NCBI GenBank assembly: GCA_041484665.1
Contig: JBGPIA010000001.1
Coordinates: forward strand, 960,001 to 1,024,000
Direction: 5' to 3'
DNA from: Candidatus Krumholzibacteriia bacterium
GTDB taxonomy: Bacteria > Krumholzibacteriota > Krumholzibacteriia > JAJRXK01
Length of the DNA stretch: 64,000 bases
The notes below the pieces were generated by a model. The model ran no database searches, was not told the origin of the DNA, and worked only from the letters and a program-made list of their open reading frames with translations. Positions within the stretch are counted from its first letter, which is position 1. Every line of letters starts with the position of its first letter. A program made the translations under genes and the position numbers. Below, piece by piece: positions 59,818-64,000 of this stretch.

Positions 59818-59846
59818 TTGACTGCCGTTGCCGGTCTGCATAGTGT
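59818..59846 (+). promoter_or_regulatory. Sigma70-type promoter TTGACT-N17-TAGTGT for the pnt operon
   Basis: Canonical spacing, about 155 nt upstream of pntA. Confidence 0.55.
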
Positions 59847-60003
59847 TCAGGGTCGTGCTTTGCGTCCGCCCTACCCTTTGCGAGCCGCTGCTGGCGCGCA
59901 CGCGCCTGCTCGAGCCGCACTCGCTCCCGAACCATCACTCCGCAAGGAGAGCAGCGGTGTCTCAAGCCGTCTTCGCGCCCGGCCGATACCGGAGGGCGCA
60001 GCC

Positions 60004-61170
60004 ATGAAGATCGCCGTTCTCAAGGAGACCCGGCCCGGGGAGCACCGCGTCGCCGTGGTGCCCGAGTCGTGCAAGAAGCTGGTGCAGGCCGGTTTCACCG
60101 TAGCAACTGAAGCTGGCGCCGGCGACGCAGCCTACTTCTCGGATGCGGCCTATCAGCAGGCCGGAGCCGCGGTCGAAACCGACGCGACCGCGCTGCTGGG
60201 CTCCGCAGACCTGGTGCTGAAGGTGAACCCGCCGACGACGGCGGCCGGACGCAACGAGGTCGACTGGATGCGCCCCGGTGCGGTCTTCCTGGCCTCCCTG
60301 ATGCCCTTGCGCAATCACGAGGCCGTCCGCGCGCTGGCCGCGCGCAAGATCACCGCCTTCTCCACCGACGCCATCCCGCGCACGACCCGCGCCCAGGCCA
60401 TGGATACGCTCTCATCGATGGCGAACATCGCCGGTTACAAGGGAGTCCTCATCGCGGCCACGGAGTTGAACAAGTACCTTCCCATGCTCATGACCGCCGC
60501 GGGAATGGTGTTCCCAGCCAAGGTCTTCGTGGTCGGAGCTGCCGTCGCCGGGCTGCAGGCCATCGCGACGGCGCGACGCCTGGGCGCCAACGTGGTCGCC
60601 ACCGATGTGCGCCCGGAGGTCAAGGAGCAGATCGAGAGCGTCGGCGCGAAGTACGTGGGCATCGAGCTCAAGCAGAGCGCGGCGGCTGGCGGCGGATACG
60701 CTAAGGAGCTGACGGAGGAGGACAAGCTCCGTCAGCGGGAGCTGTTGGCCGAGCAATGCGCGGTCGCCGACGTCGTGATCACCACCGCGCTCATCGGCGG
60801 CGTGTTCGCCCCCAGGCTGATCACGGCGGACATGGTGCGCCGCATGCAGCCCGGGTCCGTGCTCGTCGACCTGGGGGCCGACGGCGGCGGCAATTGCGAG
60901 CTTTCCCGGCCCGGGGAGACCGTCGTCGTCAACGGCGTCAAGATCATCGCGCCGTTGAACGTGCCGGCCAGTATGCCGACGCACGCGAGCCTGCTCTTCT
61001 CGCGGAATCTGCTCGCCTTCATCCTGGCCTTCACGAAGGACAAGGCGTTCCAGCTCGACCTGGCGGATGAAATCCAGAAGGGCGCTCTCATCACCCACGG
61101 CGGTGAGGTGGTCCACGCGCGCACCAAGGACGCGCTGCAGGCGGCCAGCACGAGCAGCGCACGGGCTTGA
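60004..61170 (+). CDS. pntA: NAD(P) transhydrogenase subunit alpha, part 1 (domain I)
   Basis: KE..PGE.RVA, PRTTRAQ, SSMANIAGY, ITTALI, GGNCE. Confidence 0.95.
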   Translation: MKIAVLKETRPGEHRVAVVPESCKKLVQAGFTVATEAGAGDAAYFSDAAYQQAGAAVETDATALLGSADLVLKVNPPTTAAGRNEVDWMRPGAVFLASLMPLRNHEAVRALAARKITAFSTDAIPRTTRAQAMDTLSSMANIAGYKGVLIAATELNKYLPMLMTAAGMVFPAKVFVVGAAVAGLQAIATARRLGANVVATDVRPEVKEQIESVGAKYVGIELKQSAAAGGGYAKELTEEDKLRQRELLAEQCAVADVVITTALIGGVFAPRLITADMVRRMQPGSVLVDLGADGGGNCELSRPGETVVVNGVKIIAPLNVPASMPTHASLLFSRNLLAFILAFTKDKAFQLDLADEIQKGALITHGGEVVHARTKDALQAASTSSARA

Positions 61171-61225
61171 TCGTTCGCCCGGCCCTGCAGCGCCGGGCCT
61201 GTGGATTGAAGGGAGAGGCACCAGG

Positions 61226-61660
61226 ATGTCGCGACGACTGATCCAGCGGGTGGGCGTGCTGCTGTTGACCGCCTCGCTCGGCCTCGGTGGGCTGGCCGGC
61301 TCGTCCTTTGGACAGGCGGCTGCGCCGAAAGCGGCGCAGCCCGCGCACGGGCAGCAGCTCGACTTCATCTCGATGCTGTTCGTATTCGTGCTGTCGACGT
61401 TCATCGGCATCGGCGTGGTCCGGCGTGTCTCGCGCCTGCTGCACACGCCGCTGATGTCCATCACCAACGCCATCTCCGCGATCGCAGTCGTGGGGTCGAT
61501 CCTCGTCACCGGATCGGACTATCCGCTCCACATCCGCATCCTGGGCTCGATCGCTCTGTTCGCCTCCATGACCAACATCGTAAGCGGCTTCCTCATCACC
61601 GATCGCATGCTCAAGATGTTTAAGACCCGCGACGAGACTCCGAAAGGAGGCCAGAAGTGA
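61226..61660 (+). CDS. pntA: NAD(P) transhydrogenase subunit alpha, part 2
   Basis: LHTPLMSITNAIS, GFLITDRMLKMF; N-terminal hydrophobic extension. Confidence 0.93.
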   Translation: MSRRLIQRVGVLLLTASLGLGGLAGSSFGQAAAPKAAQPAHGQQLDFISMLFVFVLSTFIGIGVVRRVSRLLHTPLMSITNAISAIAVVGSILVTGSDYPLHIRILGSIALFASMTNIVSGFLITDRMLKMFKTRDETPKGGQK

Positions 61661-63069
61661 ACTACACGTTCGTACAGCTGGCCTACCTCGTTGCGACCGC
61701 GCTCTTCATCTTCACGCTGCATTGGATGAACGACCCGAAGACGGCCCGCCGGGGCGTGATCGCGGGCGTGGCGGCCATGCTCGTGTCCGTGGTGGCCACC
61801 TGGGCGCAACCCAGCATCATCATCCACCACTGGTGGATCGTCGTGGCCATCGCGCTCGGCTTCGCCGTGGGCTGGCCTCTGTCGCGCGTGCCGCTCACGG
61901 CGGTGCCGCAGCGAACCGCTCTGTCGCACGCCTTCGGCGGCCTGGCCGCCGGCCTGGTCGGCACGGCCAAGTACTACCTGTGGCTCACCGAGGGCCCGGA
62001 GAATCTCACGGCGTTCCGCATGGTCGCCATCATCCTGGAGATCCTTCTGGGCTTCGTCACGTTCACGGGGAGCCTGATGGCGGCGGGAAAGCTCCAGGAG
62101 ATCAAGTGGGTCCCCCAGCGGCCCGTGACGTATCCCGGGCAGAACCTGATCAACATCGGCCTGCTGCTGATCGCGCTGACGCTGGGCGTGCTGCTGGTCG
62201 TCCATCCGGCCGCAGCCTGGTCCGGCAAGCTGTTCCCGGTGATCATCGGCATGGCCCTCATGTTCGGCGTGCTGCTGATCATCCCGATCGGCGGCGCCGA
62301 CATGCCAACCGTGATCTCGATCCTGAACTCCTACGCCGGGCTCTCCGCGGTCGCGATGGGCTTCGTCCTGGACAACAAGCTCCTGATCACCGCCGGCGCT
62401 CTCGATGGGTCGAGCGGCCTCATCCTGTCCATCATCATGTGCAAGGCGATGAACCGCTCCTTCACCAACGTGCTGTTCGGGGCGTTCGGGAAGGTCCAGG
62501 CGGCGAAGACCGGTGGCGAACAGAAGGTCTACAAGGCGGAGACCGTGGAGGGCGCCGCGCAGATCCTTGAGCAGTCGAGCCTGGTCGTGGTGATCCCCGG
62601 CTACGGCATGGCGGTGGCGCAGGCCCAGCATAAGGTGCGCGAGCTGTACGACCAGCTCAAGAAACGCGAGATCACCGTGAAGTTCGCCATCCATCCCGTC
62701 GCCGGGCGCATGCCGGGGCACATGAACGTGCTGCTGGCCGAGGCGGATATCCCGTACACCGACCTGGTCGAGATGGACGAGATCAATCCCGATATGCCGC
62801 AGTGCGACGTGGCGCTGGTCATCGGCGCCAACGACGTGGTGAACCCCGCCGCGCGCTACGACAAGGCCAGCCCGATCTACGGCATGCCAATCATCGATGC
62901 GGACAAGGCGCGCACCGTGTTCGCCATCAAGCGCAGCAAGAACCCCGGGTTCGCCGGCATCGACAACGAGCTCTACTTTGCGGACAAGACCTGGATGCTG
63001 TTCGGAGACGCGAAATCGGTCGTGGGCGAGCTGGTCAAGCAGCTCTCCAGCGGGTCAAGCATGCACTGA
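61657..63069 (+). CDS. pntB: NAD(P) transhydrogenase subunit beta
   Basis: IGGADMP, MCKAMNRS, PGYGMAVAQAQ, HPVAGRMPGHMN, GANDVVNP, LFGDAK. Confidence 0.97.
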   Translation: MNYTFVQLAYLVATALFIFTLHWMNDPKTARRGVIAGVAAMLVSVVATWAQPSIIIHHWWIVVAIALGFAVGWPLSRVPLTAVPQRTALSHAFGGLAAGLVGTAKYYLWLTEGPENLTAFRMVAIILEILLGFVTFTGSLMAAGKLQEIKWVPQRPVTYPGQNLINIGLLLIALTLGVLLVVHPAAAWSGKLFPVIIGMALMFGVLLIIPIGGADMPTVISILNSYAGLSAVAMGFVLDNKLLITAGALDGSSGLILSIIMCKAMNRSFTNVLFGAFGKVQAAKTGGEQKVYKAETVEGAAQILEQSSLVVVIPGYGMAVAQAQHKVRELYDQLKKREITVKFAIHPVAGRMPGHMNVLLAEADIPYTDLVEMDEINPDMPQCDVALVIGANDVVNPAARYDKASPIYGMPIIDADKARTVFAIKRSKNPGFAGIDNELYFADKTWMLFGDAKSVVGELVKQLSSGSSMH

Positions 63070-63107
63070 CCCGCGGCCCGGCCGTGCTCGGCCGGCACCG
63101 ACGCCTG

Positions 63108-63488
63108 TCAGTCCGAGGCCTCCAGGCGATCTCCCGGCCGGGGGTGGCCGGCGGGGAGCCCGGCGATCGCCTCGTCGACGGTTTCGAAGGTGTCGAACAG
63201 CAGGATCAGCCGGGTGACCAGGAACACGTTCTTGATCCGCTTCCCAATTCCCGCGACGCGCAGCCACCCTTCGCGATTGATGCAGCTGACGTGCACCTTG
63301 ACCAGCGCCCCGAGCCCCGTGCTGCCGATCCAGTCGATCTTCCGGAGGTCGATGACGATCCTGGGGGGTCCCTGGGCTGCGATCTGATCGGCGACGGCGA
63401 GCAACTCTTCGGTCTCCTTGCCTCCGGTGAGGCTTCGCTTCAGCGTAAGGACCTGCACGTCGCCGACGGTTTCCCTGTCCAGGTTCAT
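63108..63488 (-). CDS. STAS-domain anti-sigma-factor antagonist
   Basis: IVIDL...WIGSTGLGALV, VTRL...F; AGGAGG SD. Confidence 0.85.
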   Translation of the reverse strand: MNLDRETVGDVQVLTLKRSLTGGKETEELLAVADQIAAQGPPRIVIDLRKIDWIGSTGLGALVKVHVSCINREGWLRVAGIGKRIKNVFLVTRLILLFDTFETVDEAIAGLPAGHPRPGDRLEASD

Positions 63489-63664
63489 GGCGCCTCCTGT
63501 TCTCTCCCGGCTGCGGCCTTCGGGGTGCGTTCTCCACTGGCAGTCAGATCGCCCTCAATAAAGACCGGAGCAGCCCAAACGTCGAGGCGTGGCCACGGCC
63601 CAGGGTGCCCCTGCTCCCCCCCTCCCCCTCCCATCGCTCCCCTGCCTCATTGTTCATTCTACTC

Positions 63665-63693
63665 TTGCGTCATCCTCCGCTTGGGGCTACAGT
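63665..63693 (+). promoter_or_regulatory. Sigma70-type promoter TTGCGT-N17-TACAGT upstream of the RRM gene
   Basis: Canonical spacing; implies a leader of about 250 nt. Confidence 0.55.
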
Positions 63694-63844
63694 ATTCGCA
63701 GCTTCATCTGTGATCCCCGCGTGCTGACCCACCTCTCGTGGCGCCTGCTCGCTCGCGAGCTGCCGGCGCATCAGGGCCCATCCCAGTTGGAGACCAAAGG
63801 CGAGTGGGAAATCGTTCCTGCGTCGCCCGTCGGCCTGGTTGCGA

Positions 63845-63944
63845 CAGGATCTCGGTTTCTGCCCCGCCTGTATCGGAACTCGGCTCGTCGAATTCGTGCT
63901 CGGCTCCCCGAGCGGGCACCGTACATGGGCAGAAGGAGATCTTG
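63845..63944 (+). promoter_or_regulatory. Long stem-loop occluding the RRM gene Shine-Dalgarno
   Basis: CAGGATCTC/GAGATCTTG, TTTCTGCCC/GGGCAGAAG, TGTA-CGG/CCGTACA pairings. Confidence 0.55.
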
Positions 63945-63948
63945 AGAA

Positions 63949-64000
63949 ATGTTCAATATCTACGTCGGCAACCTGTCCTTCAACGCGACCGAGGGCGATC
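63949..64000 (+). CDS. RNA-recognition-motif (RRM) RNA-binding protein, 5' part only
   Basis: MFNIYVGNLSFNATEGD contains the RNP2 motif IYVGNL; AAGGAG SD; not in the ORF track. Confidence 0.88.
   Translation, partial: MFNIYVGNLSFNATEGD

Noticed and set aside
59857..59867. GGACGCAAAGC on the minus strand, as in c-di-GMP-I riboswitches
   Set aside because: The flanking GNRA-capped stem and receptor helix are missing
59800..59890. ACCACCACGTAGGTTG resembles, from memory, part of the NAD+-I (nadA) riboswitch, upstream of pntA
   Set aside because: The 3' partner strands pair poorly and the segment overlaps the predicted -35 box, so it would not be in the transcript; an Infernal scan would settle it
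1..64000. Mobile elements, prophage, defence systems, rRNA or tRNA genes
   Set aside because: No transposase, integrase, phage, nuclease-defence or structural RNA signatures were recognised, and composition looks uniform

Overview
A GC-rich (roughly 70% by eye) bacterial chromosomal window with no rRNA, tRNA, CRISPR array or recognisable mobile element. Two kinds of C-terminal tail on secreted proteins (an FlgD-Ig/T9SS-like domain and a short 'SFGxVKxLY' motif) suggest an FCB-related candidate lineage such as Eisenbacteria or Krumholzibacteriota; this is inference only. In order the window holds the end of a hydrogenase maturation operon (hypF-C-D-E) followed by ychF, an outer-membrane protein, two histidine kinases, GTP-dependent PEP carboxykinase, a truncated RluA, a membrane sulfatase-fold protein, an NMT1/THI5-type ABC importer, an ABC-2 exporter, several secreted proteins and lipoproteins, and asnA. 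Next is a divergent glycosylation locus: HddC-like, HddA-like, GT4 and PIG-L deacetylase on one side; TMTC-like GT-C, DUF3098-DUF2723 GT-C, GT2, methyltransferase and flippase-like protein on the other. The rest is a persulfide dioxygenase-rhodanese, uppP, a porin with a candidate PHO box, a PP2C phosphatase, an S46 peptidase, a dienelactone hydrolase, an MFS transporter, a third GT-C, split pntA/pntB, a STAS protein and the start of an RRM protein. The best candidate for an undescribed system is the glycosylation locus, which pairs bacterial homologues of two eukaryotic protein O-mannosyltransferase families with a GDP-heptose-type pathway. Other leads are the short C-terminal sorting-like motif, structured SD-sequestering leaders before the RRM gene and pntA, and about six short gene remnants in intergenic gaps. 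All family assignments come from motif recognition by eye; no database search was run.
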